Origin: Calditrichales bacterium
GTDB lineage: Bacteria; Calditrichota; Calditrichia; Calditrichales; J004
Length of the DNA: 64,000 nt
Direction of reading: 5' to 3'
Assembly (NCBI GenBank): GCA_965267575.1
Contig: OZ254086.1
Span: 2,240,001-2,304,000, forward strand
Shown here: positions 51,392-60,291 of the stretch, in pieces
Position numbering within the stretch: the stretch's first letter is position 1
How the letters are laid out: each line of letters starts with the position of its first letter
The notes under the pieces: generated by a model
The model's database searches: none
The model's input: only the letters and a program-made list of their open reading frames with translations
What the model was told of the DNA's origin: nothing
Made by a program: the position numbers and the translations under genes

Positions 51392-52270
51392 TTATTCCTC
51401 CAAATAGCCGAATTTTCCTTCATTGAAATCTTTAAATGCTTCCATTAATTCTTGTCTGGTGTTCATTACAAAAGGGCCGTGCGCTGCAATCGGCTCCCTG
51501 ATAGGCTCGCCGCTCAAGACCAGCACTACAGAATCAGCGGCTGCTTCAACATCGAAGACTTCGCCATCGTTTGCCATCAACGCCAGGTGATCCGTTGGAG
51601 CGTTTTCATTACCGTTGATTACAATGCTTCCTTCCACAACGAGAAGCGCGGTGTTGAAGTGTGCAGAAAATTGGAAATCTGCTTTGCCACCTTTATTCAG
51701 TTTGGCGTTAAACATATGTATCGGCGTGAAAGTGGAGGCGACGCCTTTTGTATCGTTGTATTCACCTGCTACCACTTCAATATGTCCGGCGTTTGCGGGC
51801 AGTTCGGCGCGCGCAATGTTTTCATGTTTGATGGCCTGGTATTTGGGCGGACTCATTTTGTCCTTTTTGGGCAGGTTGACCCAAAGCTGCACCATTTGAA
51901 ATTCGCCGCCCTTTTTGCTCCATTCCTCTTCATGATATTCTTTATGCAGGACACCGCTCGCGGCCGTCATCCACTGCACATCACCTTCCGCGATTACCCC
52001 GCCGCCACCGCTGCTGTCATGGTGCGCGACTTTGCCCTTGTAGGCAATCGTGACCGTTTCAAAACCACGGTGCGGATGGACCCCGACGCCACGCGGCTTG
52101 TCGGCTGGAGGAAAGGTGTACTTTGAATTGTAATCCAAAAAGATGAACGGGTCCATTCTCTGCATATCCATGCGAAACTTTCCGGGGATGAAATTGTGCA
52201 CCCTGAAACCATCACCGACGAAGTGCGGATCGCCCGGGCTTGCTACCAGCTCTACTGTTTTTGTCTTCAT
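51392..52270 (-). CDS. Pirin family protein
   Basis: DPFIFLD, HPHRGFETVT, WMTAASGVLHKE, QLWVNLP, GPFVMNT. Confidence 0.95.
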   Translation of the reverse strand: MKTKTVELVASPGDPHFVGDGFRVHNFIPGKFRMDMQRMDPFIFLDYNSKYTFPPADKPRGVGVHPHRGFETVTIAYKGKVAHHDSSGGGGVIAEGDVQWMTAASGVLHKEYHEEEWSKKGGEFQMVQLWVNLPKKDKMSPPKYQAIKHENIARAELPANAGHIEVVAGEYNDTKGVASTFTPIHMFNAKLNKGGKADFQFSAHFNTALLVVEGSIVINGNENAPTDHLALMANDGEVFDVEAAADSVVLVLSGEPIREPIAAHGPFVMNTRQELMEAFKDFNEGKFGYLEE

Positions 52271-52309
52271 GATATACCTCTCTTTATATGGAAATTTTCT
52301 TGTTGCAGA

Positions 52310-52353
52310 CAAATGTAGCGCGGCCGGACAGCCTTCTCATTGATGTATGGTAA
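52310..52353 (-). promoter_or_regulatory. Putative Crp/Fnr box plus TAnnTTTG promoter element upstream of pirin
   Basis: TTGAT-N4-GGTAA at 52340-52353 (one perfect FNR half-site); TACATTTG on the minus strand at 52310-52317. Confidence 0.45.
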
Positions 52354-52357
52354 GAAC

Positions 52358-52951
52358 CTATTTTCTGAAATTCTGTTGCGCCAGATCCCTGCGGACACGA
52401 CTGAGGCTTTCGGGTGTGATGCCCAGGTAGGAAGCAACCATGGTTTGAGGAACGCGCAGGAGCAGGTCGGGGTACATTTTTACAAATGCCAGGTATCTTT
52501 CTTTGGCCAGAGCGCTTAAAAGGTGGTTAATCCTGTTTTGCAGGTGACGGATGTGGTTGTGCAGCAGCCTGTTATTAAAATCCCTGAACGACGGGATCTT
52601 ATCTTCCAGAAACCTGATAAAGTCCTCGTCTATTAAAACGACCTGCGTCTCTTCCAGGGCCTGTATAAAGTATTGAGACGGTTTATTGAAATAGACGCTT
52701 TCTCTGTCCGAAATAAACCAGTTTTCCGGCGCAAACTGTAAAATGTGTTCTTTGCCTTTGGCGTCAATGGTGTACTCTCTCAGTAGTCCTTTTTCCACAA
52801 AGAAGGTGTGTTTGCAAAATTCATCGCGGCGCAGCAAAAACTCGTCTTTGCCAAAGCGCTTGCGTGTGCAGCTTTCCGTAAGAGAAGCTATCTCATCTTC
52901 ATCAATATTCAGGTTGGAAGTCAGGTAGCCGGTTAAGCTAAAGTTTTTCAT
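52358..52951 (-). CDS. Crp/Fnr family transcriptional regulator
   Basis: cNMP-binding domain; ASYLGITPESLSRVR helix-turn-helix. Confidence 0.92.
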   Translation of the reverse strand: MKNFSLTGYLTSNLNIDEDEIASLTESCTRKRFGKDEFLLRRDEFCKHTFFVEKGLLREYTIDAKGKEHILQFAPENWFISDRESVYFNKPSQYFIQALEETQVVLIDEDFIRFLEDKIPSFRDFNNRLLHNHIRHLQNRINHLLSALAKERYLAFVKMYPDLLLRVPQTMVASYLGITPESLSRVRRDLAQQNFRK

Positions 52952-53153
52952 AGGAAACTATATTACTTAGTCTAAGCGCAATATATGAAAATTTGAGGAT
53001 GGTGAGGATGTATAAGCCGACAATAGGTAGTGGCGTTTACCGGCCGTGCTTGACATGCTGGCCGTTAAGCGCCCGATGATCTTGGGCCGCTAACTTTTCA
53101 TTGAGGTTTATTTTGGTGATGGGCGTTGGGAGGAATAATTACCAGAGGGCTAG

Positions 53154-53768
53154 TTATGGTTCGATGCCTAAAATTAATAGAGGCACAGGGGGGCTGTTTC
53201 TTCCTTGTCGCATTACATTATAAACTTCCCCTTCATAGTATGCGATACCGCTACTCATTTGTTTTTGCATTGTTTTTGTTGGAAGTATTTCTATTCCAAG
53301 GTTTACAACACCACCTGAATAAAACAGCATATGTTTTACAAACAAATCAAAAGCTACAAATGCGTATTTCCCAAATTGTACCTCCACTGCAATTTTCTGT
53401 TTAACAAAATCTGTTTGATTATAGCTATAGATTGGCTCTTTCTCTCCATTTGCAATTAAAAACTCCTTTTGCTCCTTTGCCGACATAGGGATACTTTTTT
53501 CCATTAATTCTCTATTTAAAGTTATATAATAATTGTATCTGCTTTCCGACCACCCGCGTTTATTGAACCCCTCATTAAATGCTTTGTTTAGGTCAACTGG
53601 AGAAAGTAAAGCGTCACCCTTCTTTCTAATTTCTTTACTTATTTTAGTACGAAAATCTTCAGCGTTTATTGACGATATAACTTCTTTTATTTCGTCATAA
53701 AGGCTTTTGTGATGTACAATTAAATATTCCTCGCCATTCAAATGCGAATATTTTTTGGCGATTTTCAT
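53154..53768 (-). CDS. BglII/BstYI-family type II restriction endonuclease
   Basis: YSHLNG, TDFVK..IAVEVQFG (E-x-Q catalytic motif), LGIEILP. Confidence 0.85.
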   Translation of the reverse strand: MKIAKKYSHLNGEEYLIVHHKSLYDEIKEVISSINAEDFRTKISKEIRKKGDALLSPVDLNKAFNEGFNKRGWSESRYNYYITLNRELMEKSIPMSAKEQKEFLIANGEKEPIYSYNQTDFVKQKIAVEVQFGKYAFVAFDLFVKHMLFYSGGVVNLGIEILPTKTMQKQMSSGIAYYEGEVYNVMRQGRNSPPVPLLILGIEP

Positions 53769-54733
53769 TTTCTATTTACGCTTTTGTTATCTTGTAAAAG
53801 GCTAAGTTGTTTCCATTCATCGGGTATTTGGGAAACTTTGTCTTTCTTAGAAGGTCTATGAATGGGCTTGTTTATGGGTCTAATTTTTAAGGTTCCATCT
53901 TTAAAACTTTTAATTCTTCGTTTTGCAATTGAACAATACTCTTTTTCCTTTTCGATTCCCAGTGCACTTCGCCCATTTTTTATAGCTGCAATAACCGTAG
54001 ATCCAACACCAGCGTATGGATCAAGTACGAAGCTTCCCTCGTTTGTTAATGCTAGGACACAACGTTCAACTAATTCAATTGGAAATTGGCATGGATGCTC
54101 AGTTTTTTCCGGGTGGTTGGATTTTACGTTTGGAATATTCCATAGCTCTTTTTCCCAATCGTTCGCAATAATTTCCCAAATATCACTAGGGTTTTTTCCT
54201 TTTGGATTTCCAGATAATTGACCTTTTTTTGGACCTTTGAAATGGCGTTTTCCCGGATATTTTGCTGGAACCCGAACGCTGTCAAGATTAAAAATATAGT
54301 CATCACTTTTAGTGAACCAAAGTATCGTTTCGTACCTTCCGCTAAACCTATTACTAGCGTGTAACCCATGACCGAAATGCCAAATTATTCGATTACGCAA
54401 TTTTAGCTTATGCTTTTTAAAAATTTGATAATAATAAATATCAAGTGGAAATATTTCTCCTTTATTCACATAATTTCCAACTTGCCAACATAAACTGCCT
54501 TTATCAGATAATACTCTTACGAGCTCATTAATAACTTCTTCCTGAGTCTCTAGGTAGTTCTCAATACTAGTTTTAATTTCGTACGTTTTGCCGACATTAT
54601 AGGGTGGTGATGTTATAATTAAATCGAACTTTGAATTTGCTATTTTTTTTAGAATTTCCAATGAATCACCGTGAGCAATATTAAATTCAATTGATGAGTT
54701 AACGTAGTTGAATAAGGGCTCTTTTATTTTCAT
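53765..54733 (-). CDS. Beta-class N4-cytosine/N6-adenine DNA methyltransferase
   Basis: TSPPYN (motif IV) precedes HPCQFP and LDPYAGVGST (motif I); ATGA overlap with the endonuclease. Confidence 0.93.
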   Translation of the reverse strand: MKIKEPLFNYVNSSIEFNIAHGDSLEILKKIANSKFDLIITSPPYNVGKTYEIKTSIENYLETQEEVINELVRVLSDKGSLCWQVGNYVNKGEIFPLDIYYYQIFKKHKLKLRNRIIWHFGHGLHASNRFSGRYETILWFTKSDDYIFNLDSVRVPAKYPGKRHFKGPKKGQLSGNPKGKNPSDIWEIIANDWEKELWNIPNVKSNHPEKTEHPCQFPIELVERCVLALTNEGSFVLDPYAGVGSTVIAAIKNGRSALGIEKEKEYCSIAKRRIKSFKDGTLKIRPINKPIHRPSKKDKVSQIPDEWKQLSLLQDNKSVNRK

Positions 54734-54854
54734 TTCAAGTTCTTATAAAGTGATTAATTAATTTTCGATATTTTAAAACTCGGCTAGGTAGGAAGCAAAA
54801 AAGTGTGCCGTTTTAATTTTGAAAAAGCAGAAACATAAAATCTAAATTAAAAAG

Positions 54855-54927
54855 AGCCATCTGGCGGATTCGAACCGCCGACCTGCTCATTACGAGTGAG
54901 CTGCTCTACCAGCTGAGCTAAGATGGC
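54855..54927 (-). tRNA. tRNA-Thr(CGT), CCA not encoded
   Basis: GCCATCTTAGCTCAGCTGGTAGAGCAGCTCACT-CGT-AATGAGCAGGTCGGCGGTTCGAATCCGCCAGATGGCT folds as a cloverleaf. Confidence 0.95.
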
Positions 54928-54990
54928 TTAAAAAACGAGGTTTTAAATTTAAAGGCTTAAATCGATTGGTGCAAGAGCGGCTTTTCTTTT

Positions 54991-55386
54991 TTACCCCTTA
55001 TCCCCATTCTTGCGCTCGTCGATCAGGCGGTCGGCCAGGTGACGGGCCTTTTCGCGCTGCGCCGGGTCAATATTGCTTTTGATGTGGGCGCGCCGTTTCT
55101 GCTGCTCCATCAGGCGCCGGGCCAGCTCCTCTTCGTGGGGAAAATAGTAAACCGTGTTGCCGGGACGCGGAGCCAGGTTGCGCTCCATCCAGTCGTAGAA
55201 AATATCCAGGTCCAGCTCGTCGAAATGGCTCTCCTCGTCAATTTGCTCCAGACGCCGCACCAGCATCTCCTCCTGGGGAAACACAAAGCGCGCGCCGCCA
55301 AACCGTCCGGCTTTATCCTGCAGGTTGTCGTACCACAAAAGCAGTACACGGGCATCTTCGCGGGAGAGTTTAAAATCTATCAACAT
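54991..55386 (-). CDS. Hypothetical protein with internal tandem duplication
   Basis: Two W...FPxEExLxRRL units. Confidence 0.6.
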   Translation of the reverse strand: MLIDFKLSREDARVLLLWYDNLQDKAGRFGGARFVFPQEEMLVRRLEQIDEESHFDELDLDIFYDWMERNLAPRPGNTVYYFPHEEELARRLMEQQKRRAHIKSNIDPAQREKARHLADRLIDERKNGDKG

Positions 55387-55461
55387 AGCGGACCCCTCTG
55401 GTCAAATAAAACGCTTATTCCGCAAAGTATTATCTGCACCTTGTCCCATCATTGACGCAGG

Positions 55462-55776
55462 TCAACCTTCCTCGCGCTCGCCGATTTCACGCAGGTAGTC
55501 GTAGGTGTAAATGCCCGTCGTATGGCGATCACTGAATGTGAAGCGGATGGCGTAACGCCCGATCGGTTCATGGCCGGTAAAGATCACGTTGGTGGGATCG
55601 CTTTTCAGCACCCTGAAGGGGTTTTTGTTGCTCTCCTGTTTTTCGCGCTCCTCGCGGCAGGTGGCACAGGGACAGGCGGCACGGGTTTTGTCGGCAAAAT
55701 AGAGCATGTTCACGCCATCATCCCAGCGGATGGCAAAAACAAAATCGCTTATGTGTTGAATATCGATTGGTTTCAT
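55462..55776 (-). CDS. DUF971 / GBBH-like N-terminal domain protein
   Basis: RAACPCATC, GRYAI...FSDRH.TGIY. Confidence 0.88.
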   Translation of the reverse strand: MKPIDIQHISDFVFAIRWDDGVNMLYFADKTRAACPCATCREEREKQESNKNPFRVLKSDPTNVIFTGHEPIGRYAIRFTFSDRHTTGIYTYDYLREIGEREEG

Positions 55777-55780
55777 TTAT

Positions 55781-56121
55781 TGTCCTTAAAGTCTCGTAGT
55801 CTTGTGGTCCTGAAGTCTTGATGTCTTAAGTCTTGCCCCAAACCCTGTCATTTCGAATCCGGCGGCTGCCGGATGAGAAATCTGGGATCGTGCTAACTCC
55901 CGGATCTCTCACCGCTTCGCGGATTCGAGATGACAACAACCAGCAAGATCTCGTTGTGGCAAGACGATGCCAACCGGGATGACAACCCCAGAAACTGTCA
56001 TTTCGAACGAACGTGAGAAATCCGGGAGCCAACCGCTGCCCGGGACTCTCCGGCGGTTCGTCGTGTTAAGGGTAGTGCTCACGCCCAGATCTCTCACCGC
56101 TAACGCGGATTCGAGATGACA
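55781..56121. repeat. 8-mer array plus GTCA-REPIN cluster
   Basis: GTCTTGnn array 55781-55835; REPIN 55846-55935 is nearly the reverse complement of 32928-33017; further arms 55966-55984, 55996-56023 and 56087-56121. Confidence 0.88.
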
Positions 56122-56133
56122 AACTCTTGGTTT

Positions 56134-57384
56134 TTAACTCTTACTCTCCGCCCAGATCTGCACCAAGTGTACGATGGTGGCCACGGCCTTTTCCATGTGC
56201 TGCACGCAGATCCACTCCTTCTTGCTGTGGAAATTCTGGCCGCCGGTAAAAATATTGGGCGTGGGCAGACCCATGTAGGAGAGACGCGCGCCGTCCGTTC
56301 CGCCGCGTACCAGCCCCTTGTGCGGTTTTAGCCCGCTGCGCTCGATTGCTTGCAGGGCGTATTCCACTACTTCGGGATGCGGGTCAATTTTGTACTTCAT
56401 GTTGCGGTACGATTCGCTGATTGCCATCTCCACCACACCGGGCTTGTATTCGCGGTTCAGGTCGGCGCAGATGCGTTGCAGCATCTCTTCCTTCTTTTTC
56501 AAACCATCGATCTCAAAATCGCGCACGATAAAATCGATGACCACTTTTTCCACGTTGCCGTTAATGGTGTTGGGATGCAGGTAGCCCTCGCGGCCTTCGG
56601 TTGTTTCCGGCGACATACTCTCTTTGGGCAGACGCTCCAGCAGGGCAGCGGCAATCTTCAGCGCGTTGACCATTTTACCCTTCGAGTAACCGGGATGCAC
56701 GTTCACGCCGCGGATTGTCACCGTGGCCGAATCGGCGTTAAAGGTTTCATCTTCGACCTCACCGGCGGTGCTGCCATCGATGGTGTAGGCGAAGCGCGCG
56801 CCGAACTGCTCCACGTCAAAATGGGTTACGCCGTTGCCGACTTCCTCATCCACCGTAAAGGCAATACGGATCTTACCGTGCTTAATTTCCGGGTTTTGCT
56901 TCAGGTATTGCAGCGCGCCCATAATCTCGGCCACGCCGGCTTTGTTGTCCGCACCCAGCAGCGTCGTTCCGTCCGATGTGATGATGTCCTTGCCGATGCA
57001 CTTTTTCAGTTCGGGGTTATCTTTGGGAGAAATGACCACAGAACTATCGCCCGGCAGGACAATATCGCCGCCCTGGTAATTCTTATGAATCTGCGGCTTT
57101 ACATCCTTGCCCGATACATCCGGCGAAGTATCCACATGCGCGATCAAGCCGATCACAGGCACACCGTGGTCTACGTTGGAAGGCAGCGTGGCAAAAACAT
57201 AGCCGTGTTCGACCATCTCCACATCTTCCAGCCCCAGTTCTTTTAATTCACCCAGCAGTTTCCGCGACAGATCAAGCTGCTTGGCCGTGCTGGGGTAGCT
57301 GTCAGAATTGGGGTCGGATTGCGTGTCTATTTTTACATAACTGAGAAAGCGTTCCAGGAACAGGTCAGGGGTAATGTCTTTCAT
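56134..57384 (-). CDS. pepT: Peptidase T
   Basis: AHVDTS, LLGADNKAG, DEEVG, HPG..KG.M.NA, RGGTDG. Confidence 0.95.
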   Translation of the reverse strand: MKDITPDLFLERFLSYVKIDTQSDPNSDSYPSTAKQLDLSRKLLGELKELGLEDVEMVEHGYVFATLPSNVDHGVPVIGLIAHVDTSPDVSGKDVKPQIHKNYQGGDIVLPGDSSVVISPKDNPELKKCIGKDIITSDGTTLLGADNKAGVAEIMGALQYLKQNPEIKHGKIRIAFTVDEEVGNGVTHFDVEQFGARFAYTIDGSTAGEVEDETFNADSATVTIRGVNVHPGYSKGKMVNALKIAAALLERLPKESMSPETTEGREGYLHPNTINGNVEKVVIDFIVRDFEIDGLKKKEEMLQRICADLNREYKPGVVEMAISESYRNMKYKIDPHPEVVEYALQAIERSGLKPHKGLVRGGTDGARLSYMGLPTPNIFTGGQNFHSKKEWICVQHMEKAVATIVHLVQIWAESKS

Positions 57385-57398
57385 TGTGGTTCCTTTTT

Positions 57399-57579
57399 TT
57401 GAGGTCGTGAAGTCGTTGGTCTTGGAGTCATGACGTCTTCATCTTTTTGATCATAATCGTACTAGCGCTACCAAATTGTCATTCACGCGCAGGCGGGAAT
57501 CCAGGAAAAGCGAATCTGACAATGTCGCCTATAATCCCCGGCTAAAGCGCCATGGATCCCCGTTTTCGCGAGGATGACA
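57399..57579. repeat. 8-mer array plus GTCA-REPIN upstream of pepT
   Basis: gaggtcgtgaagtcgttggtcttggagtcatgacgtcttc; tgtcattcacgcgcaggcgggaatcc ... ggatccccgttttcgcgaggatgaca. Confidence 0.8.
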
Positions 57580-57593
57580 ACGGCAGAGTCTTC

Positions 57594-58658
57594 TCACCCG
57601 CAGGCGCTGATGTCACTTTCGCAGGTCAGGTCGCTTTTGCCGGTGATGGCAATTTCTTTCAGGCGCTGTTCTTCAATCATGTCACGGATATTATCGGCGG
57701 TGCGCAGTTCTTCCAGCATCTCGAAAACCGGCCCGAGTTCCGTGTGCTGCATCAAATCCGCGCGGAACTTGCTGATGTGCGGCAGGCCCTTCAGGTAGCC
57801 GCTCACATGCTTGCGCATTTCGATGGTGCCTTTGCGTACGCCCTTGTAATCGATGCTGTGCAGATAGTGCTCCTTGCACAGGTCGATGCGTTCATCCAGT
57901 GAAGGGCGGGGCGGTACCACGCCGGTTTCGCGGTAAGTCTTGGCGTCGCGAAAAATCCACGGATTGTGTATCGCCCCGCGACCAATCATCACCGCGTCCA
58001 CTCCATATTTACCAAAGCGCTCAATGGCATCGATCGGGTCTACCACATCGCCGTTGCCGATAACCGGCATGTTGACAGCCTCTTTTGTCCGGGCGATCCA
58101 CTCCCAGTCGGCGTCGCCTTTGTAGCGTTGTGCCCGTGTACGGCCGTGGATGGCCAGCGCTTCAATACCCACGCCTTCCATCATTTTGGCGATTTCCACG
58201 ATTTCGATACTGTTTTCATCCCAGCCCAGGCGCGTCTTGGCCGTTACCGGTATGCCCGTTGAGCGCACCACGGCTTCGCACATTTTGATCATTTTGGGCA
58301 CTTCGCGCAGCAGGCCGGAGCCGGCGCCCTTAAGGGCCACCTTCTTTACCGGGCAGCCAAAATTGATGTCGATGAAGTCGGGCTTCTTTTCCTCGGCGAT
58401 CTGTGCGGCGTCGACCATCGCTTCGATACGGTTGCCGTAGATTTGTATGCCCACGGGACGCTCTTCCTCGCGGATGGTCATCTTTTTAAAGGCCTTTTCG
58501 GCATCACGGATCAGCGCCTCCGAGCTGATGAATTCCGAGTAAACCACATCGGCGCCCAGCTTTTTGCAGATCATGCGGAAGGGGTAATCGCTCACATCTT
58601 CCATAGGCGCCAAAAACAGCCCGTTTTCAATTTCCCATGCGTCGTACTTAATTTTCAA
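57594..58658 (-). CDS. dusB: tRNA-dihydrouridine synthase B
   Basis: LAPM, DINFGCP, K.RLGWD, IHGRT, GNGD, MIGRGA. Confidence 0.93.
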   Translation of the reverse strand: MKIKYDAWEIENGLFLAPMEDVSDYPFRMICKKLGADVVYSEFISSEALIRDAEKAFKKMTIREEERPVGIQIYGNRIEAMVDAAQIAEEKKPDFIDINFGCPVKKVALKGAGSGLLREVPKMIKMCEAVVRSTGIPVTAKTRLGWDENSIEIVEIAKMMEGVGIEALAIHGRTRAQRYKGDADWEWIARTKEAVNMPVIGNGDVVDPIDAIERFGKYGVDAVMIGRGAIHNPWIFRDAKTYRETGVVPPRPSLDERIDLCKEHYLHSIDYKGVRKGTIEMRKHVSGYLKGLPHISKFRADLMQHTELGPVFEMLEELRTADNIRDMIEEQRLKEIAITGKSDLTCESDISACG

Positions 58659-58737
58659 ATTGCATATACCTTATAAATTTTCACACTATTTTTGAAGAGC
58701 CTTCAATTTACAAAAATTCCCGGGCAATCACACAAAC

Positions 58738-59177
58738 AAAGTCTTGTAGTCCGGAAGTCCTGAGGTCAGGAAGTCTTGAAGTTCCCGGGCTCATTATACT
58801 CGTAACGGCGTTTAGCGAATGCGGTCTCCGTTACGCCGTAACACCAACCACGATAAAAGCATCGGGACAGGCCGGGATGAAATAAAGGCCCTGTCACCCG
58901 GGCCGCGTTGCCAAGCCGGCTGATTTGTCATTCCCGCGGATGCGGGAATCCACCGGAGGGGGCTTTTGGGTCGGATGGTTGCTATTCCCGGCAAAGGGCG
59001 TGATGGATTCCCACTTTCGTGGGAATGACACCTAGGTGCCGCATCGGCAGATCGCGGTGTGGAAAAAACACCAACCGGGATGACGCAAAGGCCCTGTCAC
59101 CCCGGCCTTAGCGCCGGGGTCCCTGCCCGCGAAGGCACGCTCACCCTGAATGTCATTCCCGTGAAAAGGGGAATCCA
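58738..59177. repeat. 8-mer array plus GTCA-REP/REPIN cluster
   Basis: 8-mer array 58738-58783; REPIN 58926-59030; REPs 59095-59122 and 59151-59177; direct repeat ccgggatga..aaaggccctgtcaccc near 58873 and 59075. Confidence 0.82.
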
Positions 59178-59184
59178 TTAAGTT

Positions 59185-60183
59185 TTACTGAAACGAAACC
59201 TGCAAATTAAACAACACCCGGTGATGATCTATCTCGGTGTTGTCCAGATCCAGCACGTAGTTGGCCTGGAATTCGGTTACCGCGGTGGGCCACAGGTTAT
59301 AGCCCAGCACGACCCAGTTTGTTTCCGAGCCGCGGTCATTATCGTAGGTTTCATAGCGCAGCAGAAGCTGGTTTTGCGGGTTGAGCATGTATCCGCCCGT
59401 AACATAAAATCCTGACGGCTGCGGACTGAAATCGCCCGGGCCCAGCAATGAGCCGCGCAGGTATTCGGCAGCAAAAAGCCAGTTGATACCCTGGTAGCGT
59501 ATATCCGCGCCAAACAGCTCGCGCTCGCCGTTAAAGGTCAGTCCGTCCACCGCTGCGGCATTATCGTCGCTGAAGCCGAAGTTAATGCCGGCCTCAACAT
59601 TGTTGCCGTCTTCACGCACGGGCAGCCAGGTAAGCCGGCCCACATAAAGATAGGCATTATTGTCGTTGCCGTTGGCCGCCGTTCGGTTGCCGTTAAAGGC
59701 GCCGACGCGCAATTGCAATTCTTCCGCCGCAGGCCAGAACTCAAGCATCACACCGGTTTGAAAGCCCGGCCGGAGTGCGTTTACAATATTGGAGCGGTTA
59801 ACAAAGTCGATGGCATCGGCCCGAATAAGAAATTCCTTGCTGAACGGCGCTTTAAAAACGCCGGCATGTACCCGAAAACGGTTGCGCTTAAGCCAATACA
59901 TGATGCGTGCTTCCTGCAGAGTGCTTGCGCCTACGGCGTTGGCCTGCAGGCGGTAGGCAAAATCCCCCGGCAGGCTGCCATGAACGATAAGCCGCGCGTT
60001 GCCCAGGCTAAAACCATTCACGCCCGGCACAATACGTTCATTCTGAAAATCACCCACGGCCTGGATCATCACGCCCACGTTAACGGTGGCGGCACTTTGA
60101 ATTTTGGGCACTTCCTGGCCGTACAACCCGAAAAACAGCGCAAGCAGCCAGACAATCGAAAACAGTTGTTTATTTTTTAACAT
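59185..60183 (-). CDS. Outer-membrane porin (OprO/OprP-like)
   Basis: Signal peptide, NARL...G, G.FKAPFS.E, GAFNGN, amphipathic strands, terminal ..QVSFQ. Confidence 0.75.
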   Translation of the reverse strand: MLKNKQLFSIVWLLALFFGLYGQEVPKIQSAATVNVGVMIQAVGDFQNERIVPGVNGFSLGNARLIVHGSLPGDFAYRLQANAVGASTLQEARIMYWLKRNRFRVHAGVFKAPFSKEFLIRADAIDFVNRSNIVNALRPGFQTGVMLEFWPAAEELQLRVGAFNGNRTAANGNDNNAYLYVGRLTWLPVREDGNNVEAGINFGFSDDNAAAVDGLTFNGERELFGADIRYQGINWLFAAEYLRGSLLGPGDFSPQPSGFYVTGGYMLNPQNQLLLRYETYDNDRGSETNWVVLGYNLWPTAVTEFQANYVLDLDNTEIDHHRVLFNLQVSFQ

Positions 60184-60291
60184 TTTACCAACCTTCCCGG
60201 GATTACCCTTTGTTTTTAAAAATAACTATTTTTTAAGGTGCGTTTGCTTGTTAATATTTCCCACGTTTTTAATGAAGGAGTACCATCCCCG

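Noticed and set aside
53015-53100. GC-rich hairpin region between the RM system and Crp/Fnr as an ncRNA or attC
   Set aside because: Only one imperfect stem and no second copy; insufficient support
34786-53153. Integron with attC sites
   Set aside because: No integrase, many genes overlap or abut, and only isolated core-like words without paired R''/L''/L'/R' boxes
54855-54927. attL/attR duplication of the tRNA 3' end
   Set aside because: No second copy noticed in the window and no integrase
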